From the NCBI GenBank assembly GCA_048885865.1, contig JBHLLF010000002.1, positions 141,070 to 205,069 of the forward strand: DNA of 64,000 bases, read 5' to 3'. How positions within the stretch are numbered: the stretch's first letter is position 1; the number at the start of each line of letters is the position of its first letter. Source of the stretch: Candidatus Hermodarchaeota archaeon (lineage in GTDB: Archaea; Asgardarchaeota; Thorarchaeia; Thorarchaeales; Thorarchaeaceae). Shown piece by piece: positions 46,515-56,635 of this stretch. The notes below the pieces were generated by a model that saw nothing but the letters and a program-made list of their open reading frames with translations, had not been told where the DNA came from and ran no database searches. Both the position numbers and the translations under genes were made by a program.

Positions 46515-47240
46515 ATGAAGAAAATGGCCCAGAGAACGCTTGCTGAGGTGGCCACCCTTCTTGAAGAAACACTTGAGATTCACAAGTCGGTGACACACGT
46601 TGTCCTCTCTACTAAAGAAGGTGTAGTTGTCGCATCAGTCTGCCGGGAGAATGAGATGGACTCAAAAATCATCTCTACGGTTGCAGCCGCACTTGTATGG
46701 GCAGGAGCTACTGCATTGGACTCCATCGGCTCATCCAGCCCTGCATACCTTGTCCACTCAACAACTATTGAACGTATCATCACAATCCTCCAACCAAATT
46801 ATCTATTGGTAGTGATTATATCGAAGGCTAATGATGCAGGTCTGGATTTACAGAAGATTTTGCCAACTCTTCAATCTCTTGCTACAAGAATGGAGCTTGT
46901 TATGGGCTCAACCAGCACTTTTGGACAGCAGACTACATTGGGGCGAATTGTTGAAGAACTTCCTGAAATAACTCAGACAATGTTGCTGACAGAGGAGGGT
47001 CTTCCATTGGGATCAGTTGGATTTGAGAATACAATCGAGCTTGCTGGGCTTGCGAGTTCGATTTTCTCAAACGGCTTGACATTCTCTGAACAGACTGAGT
47101 ATATTTCATTCGCCGCAGGTACAACTGAACTGATGGTTGTTCGAGTTGACGAGAATCGTCTTTTACTTGTCGCTTGCCGTGATCAGAATCCAGCTGAACT
47201 GGCATCAAAAGTGAGGAATATTTTGGACGGTTTATCCTAG
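46515..47240 (+). CDS. Tandem double roadblock/LC7-like protein
   Basis: Two repeats: VVLSTKEGVVVAS...ISTVAAAL and MLLTEEGLPLGS...LAGLASSIF. Confidence 0.72.
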   Translation: MKKMAQRTLAEVATLLEETLEIHKSVTHVVLSTKEGVVVASVCRENEMDSKIISTVAAALVWAGATALDSIGSSSPAYLVHSTTIERIITILQPNYLLVVIISKANDAGLDLQKILPTLQSLATRMELVMGSTSTFGQQTTLGRIVEELPEITQTMLLTEEGLPLGSVGFENTIELAGLASSIFSNGLTFSEQTEYISFAAGTTELMVVRVDENRLLLVACRDQNPAELASKVRNILDGLS

Positions 47241-47242
47241 AC

Positions 47243-47944
47243 CTACACCCTCGCCTTTTCGGTGGGGACTTCTGCATCCGCCATCTCTTCATCGTCAAAG
47301 AACTGGAAATCCCACTCTCTAAGATTGATTGTGATAAAGCAGTCTTTTCCTCTCTCAGGACAGTCAATTCGGATTGTGACATGGTCCTCTGTTGATTCGC
47401 GGATCTCTGGATTCATGCAGCCATCTTCAAGTTTCTCCAAGAGGAACATAACAAATGCCTCTGAGATTGTATTCAGACTACCCTCCATGAGTGCTTGGCC
47501 TAGTTCATCTAGGAAATGCTTCTTCTTTCTGCCTTCCTTTTCAACTCTGCAAAGCCCTACCTCTTCCATTCTCGACACATGCCATCTGACAGTGTCATGA
47601 TGAACCCCGAGGTTCTCCGCCATTTGCTCCTGGTAACATCCCGGATTGTTCACTATAAATGCGAAGATCTTCTGAGCGGTTTCACTTCGCATAGTAAGAT
47701 ATGCCATCTCTGCTTCTCTAGACCTGAGCATTTTTGGATAGTAGAGGCGCTTTCCAGCAAACTTGATTGATTTGACGAGACCTTCGCGTTCCAGAATTCT
47801 GAGATGCCATGTAAGAGTGCCAAGAGGTGATTCGAGCATCTCAACTAACTCTAGCAAATATGTGCCCGGATTTTCACAAAGGACCTGGTAAAGGTCTCTT
47901 CGGAACGGATGGAGAAGCAATGCCATGCGTTTCTGCCTTCCCAT
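47243..47944 (-). CDS. Double winged-HTH transcriptional regulator
   Basis: Two repeats: ENPG...LTWHLRILEREGLV and NNPG...VRWHVSRMEEVGL. Confidence 0.85.
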   Translation of the reverse strand: MGRQKRMALLLHPFRRDLYQVLCENPGTYLLELVEMLESPLGTLTWHLRILEREGLVKSIKFAGKRLYYPKMLRSREAEMAYLTMRSETAQKIFAFIVNNPGCYQEQMAENLGVHHDTVRWHVSRMEEVGLCRVEKEGRKKKHFLDELGQALMEGSLNTISEAFVMFLLEKLEDGCMNPEIRESTEDHVTIRIDCPERGKDCFITINLREWDFQFFDDEEMADAEVPTEKARV

Positions 47945-48101
47945 CTTAAAACCTCTCGTCCTGCTCCCTCACAATCATCAATGAAGGGTAATAAAAGGGC
48001 TTCTGTCTTTGGTCTAAATTCGTACATATATCAAACATGCAGAATCCTTAATTAAGCCATCACCGGGTTTACAACTATTGCGCTACCAACGAGGGTCTAC
48101 T

Positions 48102-49934
48102 TTGTGCGGAATAACCGGTATTGTGAGTATGAATCGCAATAACATCGGCGAGATTCTGATCGAGTGCAGCAGAAAATTGACCTACCGAGGATACGACTCC
48201 GTGGGTCTTGCGGCAGTCCACAATGGCAAAGTAGAGCTAAGAAAGGATGTTGGCACAATTGACGAGGTCAACAAACTCCTCAGTCTATCAAAGATGCCTG
48301 GAGATCGGGGAATCTCTCAGCTCAGATGGGCAACCTATGGTGCTCCTACGAAGATTAATGCCCAGCCGCATTTTGCATGTGACAATATTCTGTTTGGAGC
48401 ACATAATGGCAACCTTCACAACTATGTTGAGTATCGACAAGAGCTGGTTGATACTGGACATGTCGTTCGATCTGAGAATGACGGTGAGCTGTGTGTTCAT
48501 GCTGTCGATAAATATTATGAACAAACCGGGGACATCTTTGAAGCTGTGCGCCTATCCGTAAACGACCTCAAGGGTGCATACGCGTATGCAGTTGGTCGGG
48601 CTGACTTGCGTGAGATTTATGCAGTGAAGATGGGTTCCTCTCTTGTTGCTGGAATAGCAGAGGAGGATACTATTGTTTCAAGCGACCTGCCTTCAATCCT
48701 TCCGCTCACGAATAACGTTGTATATCTTCAGGACGGGGAAATGCTTAGGCTGACACCTAATGATGTTGAAGTCTTTAGAATCAAGGACGGCAAACGTCTA
48801 TCTAGAGAGCCTGAGGTAAGCACCGTCGACGCACGTGCGGCGGAGAAGGGTGGATATCCTCACTTCATGCTCAAGGAAATTAATGAACAGCCCAAGGTGG
48901 CAGAGGATGTAATAGGGGTTCTGCAAGGGTCTCAAACCGATCAATGGCTCAGAATGATTGAAGACGCCTCCAGACACTATTTGGTTGCTTGTGGAACCTC
49001 CTATCATGCCGGAATAGTGGGGGCCTACTATTTCAACAAATATGCAGGCATTCCCTTGATTCCAGCAATTGGTGGACAGTTCATTCCAATGTATGGGAAC
49101 ACTATGACCGATGATTGCCTGTCCATCCTTGTATCTCAATCAGGGGAAACCAAGGATATCATCAATGTACTTAATCTAGCCAAAGAGAAAAATGTGGGGC
49201 AAACTCTAGGAATTGTAAATGTTATTGGAAGCACTTTGATGTTTGGAGCCAATGCCTACATCCCCATGGCTTGTGGGTACGAGGTTAGTGTTCCTGCAAC
49301 CAAGACATACTACTCACAGAATATCATCTTCGCATATCTTGCTGCACGACTTGGTGAAAGAAATGGAACTCTAGATCCTTCCGAGGCCAAAGCTTTCATC
49401 AGCACACTATCCAAGGACCTGCCTCGTCTTACCCAAGACACGATAAACCGGACCAGTATCCAGGCAAAAGACCTTGCACGGACTTTGGTTAATGTCAAAG
49501 ACCTGTATTGCTTGGGATATGGGTTTACGGATGGTGTAGCTCGGGAAGGCGCGCTGAAGATAAAGGAGATCGTGTATAATCACTGTGAGGGAATGTATTC
49601 GAGCGAGTTCAAACACGGACCGCTGAGCATTGTTCAGGATGGATACCCTGTGATTTTTGTTACAACTCGTGAGGACAGCTGGATGGTTATTAATCACCTG
49701 AGTGAAGTCAGGGTTCGGGGAGGACGAACCATCATAGTTGGTGAATATGAGGAAAAGCTTAGACATTACGTAGATTCAGATTTTGATTATATGGTGGTTC
49801 CGAAATCCAATCTTTTTCTAAATCCAATTCTGGATGTGATACCACTGCAGCTACTGAGCTACTTCCTTTCGGTTGATTTGGGGATAAATCCTGATTTCCC
49901 TAGGAATCTGTCAAAGACACTTACAGTTGACTAA
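48102..49934 (+). CDS. glmS: Glutamine--fructose-6-phosphate aminotransferase (isomerizing)
   Basis: (M)CGITG, YRGYDSVG, RWAT, HNG, HFMLKEI.EQP, ACGTSYHAG, SQSGET, EGALKIKE, PRNLSKTLTVD. TTG 48102 places Cys at position 2. Confidence 0.95.
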   Translation: MCGITGIVSMNRNNIGEILIECSRKLTYRGYDSVGLAAVHNGKVELRKDVGTIDEVNKLLSLSKMPGDRGISQLRWATYGAPTKINAQPHFACDNILFGAHNGNLHNYVEYRQELVDTGHVVRSENDGELCVHAVDKYYEQTGDIFEAVRLSVNDLKGAYAYAVGRADLREIYAVKMGSSLVAGIAEEDTIVSSDLPSILPLTNNVVYLQDGEMLRLTPNDVEVFRIKDGKRLSREPEVSTVDARAAEKGGYPHFMLKEINEQPKVAEDVIGVLQGSQTDQWLRMIEDASRHYLVACGTSYHAGIVGAYYFNKYAGIPLIPAIGGQFIPMYGNTMTDDCLSILVSQSGETKDIINVLNLAKEKNVGQTLGIVNVIGSTLMFGANAYIPMACGYEVSVPATKTYYSQNIIFAYLAARLGERNGTLDPSEAKAFISTLSKDLPRLTQDTINRTSIQAKDLARTLVNVKDLYCLGYGFTDGVAREGALKIKEIVYNHCEGMYSSEFKHGPLSIVQDGYPVIFVTTREDSWMVINHLSEVRVRGGRTIIVGEYEEKLRHYVDSDFDYMVVPKSNLFLNPILDVIPLQLLSYFLSVDLGINPDFPRNLSKTLTVD

Positions 49935-50317
49935 TCCTTGTCACCCGTTTCGCCAATTCTAATGGCTCTCATCTCAGAAGAAATAACATTTCCTGCATCA
50001 AAGCCCTCACGAATATCGACGACCTCATCATCATCTATTTCAAATACCCCGATGAGCTGAGTTTCATCACCCAAGGCCCACTGTCCATAAATCAGCTTAT
50101 TCTCAGTAGTTTCACACTCCAACAGGCCCATTGTGCCTGTGCTGGACCACCAGCTTAGACACTTCCCTTGGTATCCCATTTGAAGTATCAATTCGTCCCA
50201 AAGCTTTCCCAGCCTAGTTGGTCCGTGCTTGTTTCTAAATGTGATTAGAATATGCCCTCGCTTTTCTTTCAGTTCTTCGTTGATCGAGTGCATCTCTCTA
50301 TCTGTAAACAGTGGCAT
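49931..50317 (-). CDS. Hypothetical protein
   Basis: 128-aa ORF filling the gap; no motif recognised. Confidence 0.6.
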   Translation of the reverse strand: MPLFTDREMHSINEELKEKRGHILITFRNKHGPTRLGKLWDELILQMGYQGKCLSWWSSTGTMGLLECETTENKLIYGQWALGDETQLIGVFEIDDDEVVDIREGFDAGNVISSEMRAIRIGETGDKD

Positions 50318-50394
50318 CTATCTTCATTCTACTCAAATCTTGATGAGTTAAAAGCCCCTCGCTATGGATATAAGCTACAACATTCTATACCGGA

Positions 50395-51306
50395 TTGGTC
50401 TTAATCATGAATAAGGAGCGGCTCTCACGAATTGGACTCTTCTCATCGGACCCTTGGTCGTCGAGAGTTCAAGGTCTAGAGAATGCTCTCCAGAATCTTA
50501 ACGTAAGTTCCCTTCGTGTGATTCCATGGAAGGTAGCTCGAATCGGATCGACAGATGAGCACCATATCATTTCAGAAGGGGTGGACCTGACTGAGCTTGA
50601 TTTGCTTCTAGTACTCGATTTGGGGGCAAATGATATTGGAGCCTTCTTCAATCGAGTAGGGCTTTTGTCAGCGCTTGCTGAGCTGGGTGTCACGATAGTG
50701 AATTCGGTTTCATCAATCCTGCTTATGCGTAATAAATCTGAAACGATGAGAAAACTTGTTTCAGCGAAGTTGCCAGTTCCTCGAACATTGATTACAGAGT
50801 CTATGGATGATGCCGCAGCTTTCGTTCAGGAGAATTTTCCTTGTGTTCTCAAACCCATAACTGGGTTTGGTGGTCTTGGAGTCCAACTAATTGAGAAAGA
50901 CTTCGACTTGGAGAATATCTATGACTATCTCAAGTTCCATAGTCAGATGTTTGGCAAAGGTGCTTTCCTTCTTCAGGAGTATATACGCGGACCAGGATTC
51001 GACATACGCGCATTTGTGCTCGACGGAGATGTCGTTGCTACCATGCAAAGAGTGAGTGAAGGTGACTTGGTTACCAATATTCATTCAGGTGGAACACCCC
51101 GTCTGAATGAAATTGATGTCACGGATCTTGCACTTCGAGCAGCAGATGCAGTTAAGGGCAGAATGGTCGGAGTGGACATCATACCCGACCGAATTGGCAA
51201 CCTGTGGGTATTAGAAGTGAACGCGACGCCAGGCTGGACTGCCCTCCAACGGGTCACAGGCTTGAACATAGCAGAGAAAGTCGCCTATGCCATCTCCGAG
51301 GTCTAG
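50395..51306 (+). CDS. RimK family ATP-grasp ligase (CofF/MptN/LysX-like)
   Basis: RNKSET, VPRT, VLKPITGFGGLGV, QEYI, DIRAFV, TNIHSGG, GVDI, LEVNATPGW. Confidence 0.92.
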   Translation: MVLIMNKERLSRIGLFSSDPWSSRVQGLENALQNLNVSSLRVIPWKVARIGSTDEHHIISEGVDLTELDLLLVLDLGANDIGAFFNRVGLLSALAELGVTIVNSVSSILLMRNKSETMRKLVSAKLPVPRTLITESMDDAAAFVQENFPCVLKPITGFGGLGVQLIEKDFDLENIYDYLKFHSQMFGKGAFLLQEYIRGPGFDIRAFVLDGDVVATMQRVSEGDLVTNIHSGGTPRLNEIDVTDLALRAADAVKGRMVGVDIIPDRIGNLWVLEVNATPGWTALQRVTGLNIAEKVAYAISEV

Positions 51307-51433
51307 ACATCCGCATCTGGCATTGACCCAACCCAAAGTATTTAAGAGAGTCTCCTGAGCCCCCAAAACAGAGCCACCTCTATACGCCAAAGCGTGTGTT
51401 AGGGGTTACGGAATCCGCCCTGTAAAACAGGGA

Positions 51434-52621
51434 TTGCAAAACGAAATTCTGAGGCTAGAAGACTTGACAGAGGCAGCTGATGCAAAGCCAGAGGACATTG
51501 AGTTCCTTCGGGCAAGACTAAGGGAACTCAAGATACAAGCTCGCGAAGACCTAGAAGTCCTGAGAAGGGACAGAGACCAGATGCGGCAATACAAGACCGT
51601 CCGCGATGAACACAACAAGGAAGTACGTGGTCTTATTGAATCTGTGAAGGCAGAACGCGAAGAGCGTGACCGAATCAATAAGGAGATTTCCGAGGCTAAA
51701 GATCGAAGGTCCGCAATACACGCGCAATTGAAATCTGTCTATGAGGAGATTCGAGAGCTCAGGAGCAATATTGTTGGAAGCCCATCGACTGACCAGCGGC
51801 GAATGATGCGAAGAGTCGAAGAGCTTGAATGGCGCCAACAAACTGAGCAACTTTCAATGGATGAGGAACGCTCAATCGTTGAGGAGATCGCCAAAATTGA
51901 AGCCAAGCTTGTGAAGATTGGGCAAGAGAAGGAGAAACAGGATAGAATCCACGAGCAACGCAGACTTGCTCGAAGACTAAAGGAGGAAGCTTCAGAAGCC
52001 CATCAGAGAGTTCTGAAGTTGTCTGAGCAGTCTCAAATTCATCATCAAGAAGTTGTGAGAATTCGTCCGCAACTAGAGGAATTCAAACGGTCCGCCGACA
52101 CAGCGCATCAGAATTTTGTGGAGTGGCTCAAGAAGGTGAAAGACGGAGAAACCAAGCTCAAGGATGTTCGGACTGAGATTGACGAGATCTACGGCAAAAT
52201 CAGGAAGCACGAAGCAGAACGTCGTGACACTGCTGAAACCGAACGCAAAGAAGAGAAGAAGGTTCATGAGCAGGAACGTGTCGATGCCGCAGTTGAAAAG
52301 ATGCAATCAGGAAAACGGCTCACCTTTGATGAATTCATACTAGCACAGAGGAGTGTGACTGATGACAAACGCGGGTCAAGGAAACGCACTGGTAGGCGAC
52401 GTGCTCCCGTTGAAGCTGAAACTCCTGCTGTAGAGGAGGAAGCCGCCTCGACCGAGGACGATTCGGAAGATATTCTTCAGCAACTGGAAGCTGAGGTTTC
52501 CGTTTCGCCGACACCGGAAGAAGAGGAATCTCCAGCAGATGACTCAGAAACTGTGGCAGAAGAGATATCTGAAGAGGCATCTGCAACAGAATCGAAAGAT
52601 AAGCCAGACAAAGACGAATGA
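51434..52621 (+). CDS. Archaeal coiled-coil protein (COG1340-like) with acidic disordered tail
   Basis: Heptad-rich; RD..N repeats, LEWRQQT..LS..EE, GKRLTFDE; Glu/Asp/Ser-rich C-terminal tail. Confidence 0.75.
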   Translation: MQNEILRLEDLTEAADAKPEDIEFLRARLRELKIQAREDLEVLRRDRDQMRQYKTVRDEHNKEVRGLIESVKAEREERDRINKEISEAKDRRSAIHAQLKSVYEEIRELRSNIVGSPSTDQRRMMRRVEELEWRQQTEQLSMDEERSIVEEIAKIEAKLVKIGQEKEKQDRIHEQRRLARRLKEEASEAHQRVLKLSEQSQIHHQEVVRIRPQLEEFKRSADTAHQNFVEWLKKVKDGETKLKDVRTEIDEIYGKIRKHEAERRDTAETERKEEKKVHEQERVDAAVEKMQSGKRLTFDEFILAQRSVTDDKRGSRKRTGRRRAPVEAETPAVEEEAASTEDDSEDILQQLEAEVSVSPTPEEEESPADDSETVAEEISEEASATESKDKPDKDE

Positions 52622-52677
52622 AACCAAGGTCCGCTTCCGGTCATTTGCATCCCCTAAAATGAGTACGAGGTGTTTTC

Positions 52678-53937
52678 ATGAGTAGTGTTAGTCAGAGGCC
52701 TGTCGGACGCCGTTCCATCGTAACAGTGTTCTATATACTTGCAATTGGCTCTGGCGTAATGAGGTCCTTCTCAGTAGCCTTCGATATAATTGCCCTAAAC
52801 ACACTCATCTCTGATTCTCTTGCATATGGGTTTATGTCACAATGGACAAGCTTCATAGTGACCGTCATCCTTCTTTTGGTGTTCAGCATCCCACGATACA
52901 AGAATAGCAACCGAAGATCGTTGGGTTACAATCTTGATCCTGATTTTGGCCGACTGCGGGTTCTGCCAAAACGACCTACACTGTATCTACTTCTTGCAGG
53001 CACTTTTGCAGGAATATCGACTTTCTTCTATTACTACATTGCAAGTACTACAGATGCTTCAGTGGTTTTGCCTTATGGACAACTCGTCATTATCTACCTA
53101 CTGATAGGCGATTTGCTAGCTGAGAAAGATACGCCAACCATAGTTGAGATTCATAGCATTATGTCGGTAATGATTGGTGTCCTCTTGATCGGAGTTACGC
53201 CAGGAGGATTTGATATACCTACTCTTTTCATAGTGTTAATTCCAATGAATGTTTCTTCAGCATTCCTCACATACTATCAGCGAAAGACAAAGCGTTATGA
53301 AATCGAACCCGGTCTGCGAGTTGATTCTCTCAATATGCGGTTATGGTCGTTGCTCTTTCTAAATATCTCTTTCAGTGCGATTTCTCTGCCCTTTATGGGA
53401 GAAGAAACATGGAACACAATTGCGATTACATTTGCATCTTTGGTATGGATTATGGTTGGATCGTCAGCGACTGCCTTTCTCTCGATTGTAATGTATGTCC
53501 GAGCTCTTGGTCGAGGAACAATGTCAGTGGTAAATTCTCTTTCAGCGATTTCAGTTGTACTGGGAATCCCTATCACGCTTGTTGGTAATCTGATAATTCC
53601 AGGAGCTTTTGGGAGCTTGCCAGCTGATGCATTCCTTTGGACACTCAAGCTCTTTGGAATTGGACTGGTGATCATAGGAATATTGGCTTTGCAAGCTGCT
53701 GACGTACGGTCATTGGTTATTATCAAGGTTAAGCCCCAGACTGAGGATATTCTGCCAGCCCTATTTGACATCAAGGGAGTCGAGAAAGCGGCAGCCTTGG
53801 CAGGTGAATCTGATTACATTTTGAGTATTAAGAGCAGAAGTCTGGGGAAGACTCGAACTGGGATTCTAAGAAAGGTCCAGGCTATTCCTGGAGTGGAGGA
53901 TATACAGACTTTGATTGTTTTGAAGGATTATAGATAG
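52678..53937 (+). CDS. DMT/EamA-like membrane protein fused to a C-terminal Lrp/AsnC ligand-binding (RAM) domain
   Basis: About 10 TM segments in two repeats (ASVVLPY..L; MSVVNSL.AISVV); tail IKGVEKA..LAGESDYIL...IPGVEDIQTLIV. Confidence 0.75.
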   Translation: MSSVSQRPVGRRSIVTVFYILAIGSGVMRSFSVAFDIIALNTLISDSLAYGFMSQWTSFIVTVILLLVFSIPRYKNSNRRSLGYNLDPDFGRLRVLPKRPTLYLLLAGTFAGISTFFYYYIASTTDASVVLPYGQLVIIYLLIGDLLAEKDTPTIVEIHSIMSVMIGVLLIGVTPGGFDIPTLFIVLIPMNVSSAFLTYYQRKTKRYEIEPGLRVDSLNMRLWSLLFLNISFSAISLPFMGEETWNTIAITFASLVWIMVGSSATAFLSIVMYVRALGRGTMSVVNSLSAISVVLGIPITLVGNLIIPGAFGSLPADAFLWTLKLFGIGLVIIGILALQAADVRSLVIIKVKPQTEDILPALFDIKGVEKAAALAGESDYILSIKSRSLGKTRTGILRKVQAIPGVEDIQTLIVLKDYR

Positions 53938-53960
53938 AAATGAAAAAGGAGGAACGTCAT

Positions 53961-54212
53961 ATGGCGAAGAAGATTCAAGCATATGTTCTGATGAAAATCG
54001 AAATAGGTCGAACTGATGAAGTCGTTAAGCAGTTATCCACTATAAACGAGGCCACTCGCGTTGCAGTCACTACGGGAGTCTATGATGTTATTGCACTACT
54101 TGAGTTGGAAGACCTCGAGGCACTCTACGACATAACTGTTAATCGCATTCACAGCATCCCCGGCATCAAGGAAACCTCTACAGCAGTGGTTGAGAAAATG
54201 ATTAGCGTATGA
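53961..54212 (+). CDS. Stand-alone Lrp/AsnC ligand-binding (RAM) domain protein
   Basis: AYVLMKIE.G, TTGVYDVIA, IPGIKETST; no HTH. Start is 53961 or 53940. Confidence 0.88.
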   Translation: MAKKIQAYVLMKIEIGRTDEVVKQLSTINEATRVAVTTGVYDVIALLELEDLEALYDITVNRIHSIPGIKETSTAVVEKMISV

Positions 54213-54287
54213 CTTGCATCAGGAATCCAATCACCTTAATACTGAAATGGCTCATTGAATCCTGTATCTTAATTTGAGAATGCATCG

Positions 54288-55265
54288 ATGATGCCATTGG
54301 AGGAGTCAAGAGAATTGGAGTCTAATGCTGAAGTAGCGATTACTGGACTTACGAAGAATTTCGATGAGATCATGGCTGTAGATCACATGAATCTAGAAGT
54401 GCCTGCTGGTTCGATTTTCGGCCTTCTTGGGCCAAATGGAGCAGGCAAGAGCACGACGGTTAGATTGCTGTGTACACTACTTAGACCTGTAGAAGGCACA
54501 GCGAATGTAGCTGGCTATGATATTCTCAACGCCCCAGTTCATGTTCGTGAAGTAACCGGAGTATTGCCTGAAGAAGGGAATCACACTCTCTATCCGGGAA
54601 TGTCTGCGTATCAGAATCTAGAGTATTTTGCTCGACTCTATGGTGTTCCAGATGATGTTATTCCTGGACGCGCTCAGGAGCTCTTAGAGTTCATGGAGCT
54701 TTGGGAGCGGAAAGATGACAAGGCTGGAGAGTTGTCCACAGGAAATAGGCAGCGTCTTGCTCTATGTCGAGCTTTGCTTCACAATCCCAAGGTTCTTCTG
54801 CTGGACGAGCCAACTTCTGCTCTAGACCCAATTGCAGCCAAGCGTGTGCGAGAGCTAATCCTTAATCTTTCGCAGAAGTATGGACAGACCTTCTTTATCA
54901 ACAGTCATAATCTGGCTGAGGTTCAGCGGATATGCGATAGAATTGCTATTATTGACGAAGGCAAGATACTACTCAGCGGAAAGACTGCTGAGCTTCGTCA
55001 TAAACTACAGGCTCAGCAAGAGTTTAGGATTAGAGTGGCTGGCGATTTAGGTGAGGCGGAAGCAATAGTAAGGTCAGCCGACTATGTCGAGTCAGTTCAG
55101 TCCGACGTGGATTCGCTTCTTACGGTGATTACCAATCCTATAGACAACAACTCGAGATTAATGCGAACCCTTCTGGATGCAGGCGTCAAAATTGTTGAGT
55201 TTGCGGAAGAAGAGGCCACTCTGGAAGACCTATACCTTGATGTCATTAAGGGAGGTGTTCAATAA
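54288..55265 (+). CDS. ABC transporter ATP-binding protein (export type)
   Basis: GPNGAGKST, LSTGNRQR, LLLDEPTSALDP, SHNL. Confidence 0.95.
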   Translation: MMPLEESRELESNAEVAITGLTKNFDEIMAVDHMNLEVPAGSIFGLLGPNGAGKSTTVRLLCTLLRPVEGTANVAGYDILNAPVHVREVTGVLPEEGNHTLYPGMSAYQNLEYFARLYGVPDDVIPGRAQELLEFMELWERKDDKAGELSTGNRQRLALCRALLHNPKVLLLDEPTSALDPIAAKRVRELILNLSQKYGQTFFINSHNLAEVQRICDRIAIIDEGKILLSGKTAELRHKLQAQQEFRIRVAGDLGEAEAIVRSADYVESVQSDVDSLLTVITNPIDNNSRLMRTLLDAGVKIVEFAEEEATLEDLYLDVIKGGVQ

Positions 55266-56023
55266 TGGCCCGCAATAGATCTTGGGTAGTCGCTATGGCT
55301 GACTTCAAGGCCGCTATGGAACTACGTTTTGTGAAGTTTGGTATAATTGGCTTGGGATCTTTTGGACCAATTATGGTGATTATAATGATTGTAAGTGCAG
55401 CGCTGCTGATGCCCCCGGGACCTGATTATGAGCTTTTTATGCTGTTCATGGCTCCGATGGTGGCAACGATGCTCGCTCTATTCTCCGTGATACCGGCTTC
55501 AATGATATCAGCTAATTCCTTTGTAGGTGAGAAGGAGCAGAACACTCTGGAACCGCTTCTCGCGACTCCATTGACGGATGGACAATTGCTATTGGGTAAG
55601 CTTCTGGCATCCTTTATTCCAAGCGGCATCTTGCTCTTTGGGGGGACCGCGGTGGCGATTGTAGCCGGAAACGCGATTTTAATGTCATTTGGTCGTCCAT
55701 TCTTATTAATTCCCGATATCCCTGGTTTAATTTTCATATCACTAGCTGGACCCGCAATGATTTTGGCAGTCGTGTCGGTTATGATTCTGATTAGTGGAAG
55801 AGTCAGCCGTGTCTATGAGGCCTACCAAGTAAGCATGCTTGTTGCTCTGGTTCTCATAATCCCAATGATTGTGCCGTCTTTCTTTATCGGATCAGGACTT
55901 GACCAGTCGCTGGTTTGGATGACATACATAGTTACAATTCTACTGGCCGCGGCTATAATGGCTGTGACTATGGTGCTTGCAGTCAAGCGATTCAACAGGG
56001 ATACGATGATAAGAATGACCTAG
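55265..56023 (+). CDS. ABC-2 permease
   Basis: SFVGEKEQNTLEPLLATP...LLGK; start overlaps the ATPase stop (taatg). Confidence 0.92.
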   Translation: MARNRSWVVAMADFKAAMELRFVKFGIIGLGSFGPIMVIIMIVSAALLMPPGPDYELFMLFMAPMVATMLALFSVIPASMISANSFVGEKEQNTLEPLLATPLTDGQLLLGKLLASFIPSGILLFGGTAVAIVAGNAILMSFGRPFLLIPDIPGLIFISLAGPAMILAVVSVMILISGRVSRVYEAYQVSMLVALVLIIPMIVPSFFIGSGLDQSLVWMTYIVTILLAAAIMAVTMVLAVKRFNRDTMIRMT

Positions 56024-56057
56024 GGGGAAAGATCAGGAGGCTTTGTTGGCTCTCCTG

Positions 56058-56585
56058 CTACTCGTTCAATTTCTTCAGTCCAGTGGGGTATCTGTGGGCT
56101 AAATCTCTGTAGATTGCTTTGAATCTAGTCAGCTCTGTTTTATGATGCTCCTGAACATCGCCAATCACTTTGGCGGGAACACCCACTGCTATCTTCTCCC
56201 TTGGAACCTCAAAGTTCTGCCTGACAACTGCTCCCTCGCCCACAATTGCCCACTCTCCAACCACAGCCCAATCAGACACAATCGCACCCATGCCTATGAC
56301 TGCTTCGTCTTTCACGGTTGCATTGTGAATAATGCATCCATGGCCGAGAGTCACATTGTTGCCAATAATCGTAATCTCATCTGGCCTTGCATGGATGATC
56401 ACATTATCCTGAATACTAGTACCATTTCCGACACGAACTTCTCCGTAGTCGCCTTTCACAACTGCTCCGGGTGCGATATAGCATTCATCACCAATTGTCA
56501 CATTTCCGATGACTGATGCTGAATGACTGACGTAGGTGTTCTTTCCAAGCGAAGGAATTCTCCCTTCAAACTCATAGACTGTCAT
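56058..56585 (-). CDS. Gamma-carbonic anhydrase family hexapeptide-repeat protein
   Basis: IGNVTIG, SIQDNVIIH, LGHGCIIH, GVPAK. Confidence 0.93.
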   Translation of the reverse strand: MTVYEFEGRIPSLGKNTYVSHSASVIGNVTIGDECYIAPGAVVKGDYGEVRVGNGTSIQDNVIIHARPDEITIIGNNVTLGHGCIIHNATVKDEAVIGMGAIVSDWAVVGEWAIVGEGAVVRQNFEVPREKIAVGVPAKVIGDVQEHHKTELTRFKAIYRDLAHRYPTGLKKLNE

Positions 56586-56635
56586 TGCTCAATCACCTTT
56601 TTTCTCTAATAACTAGGATATTAGGATGCAGGTAT

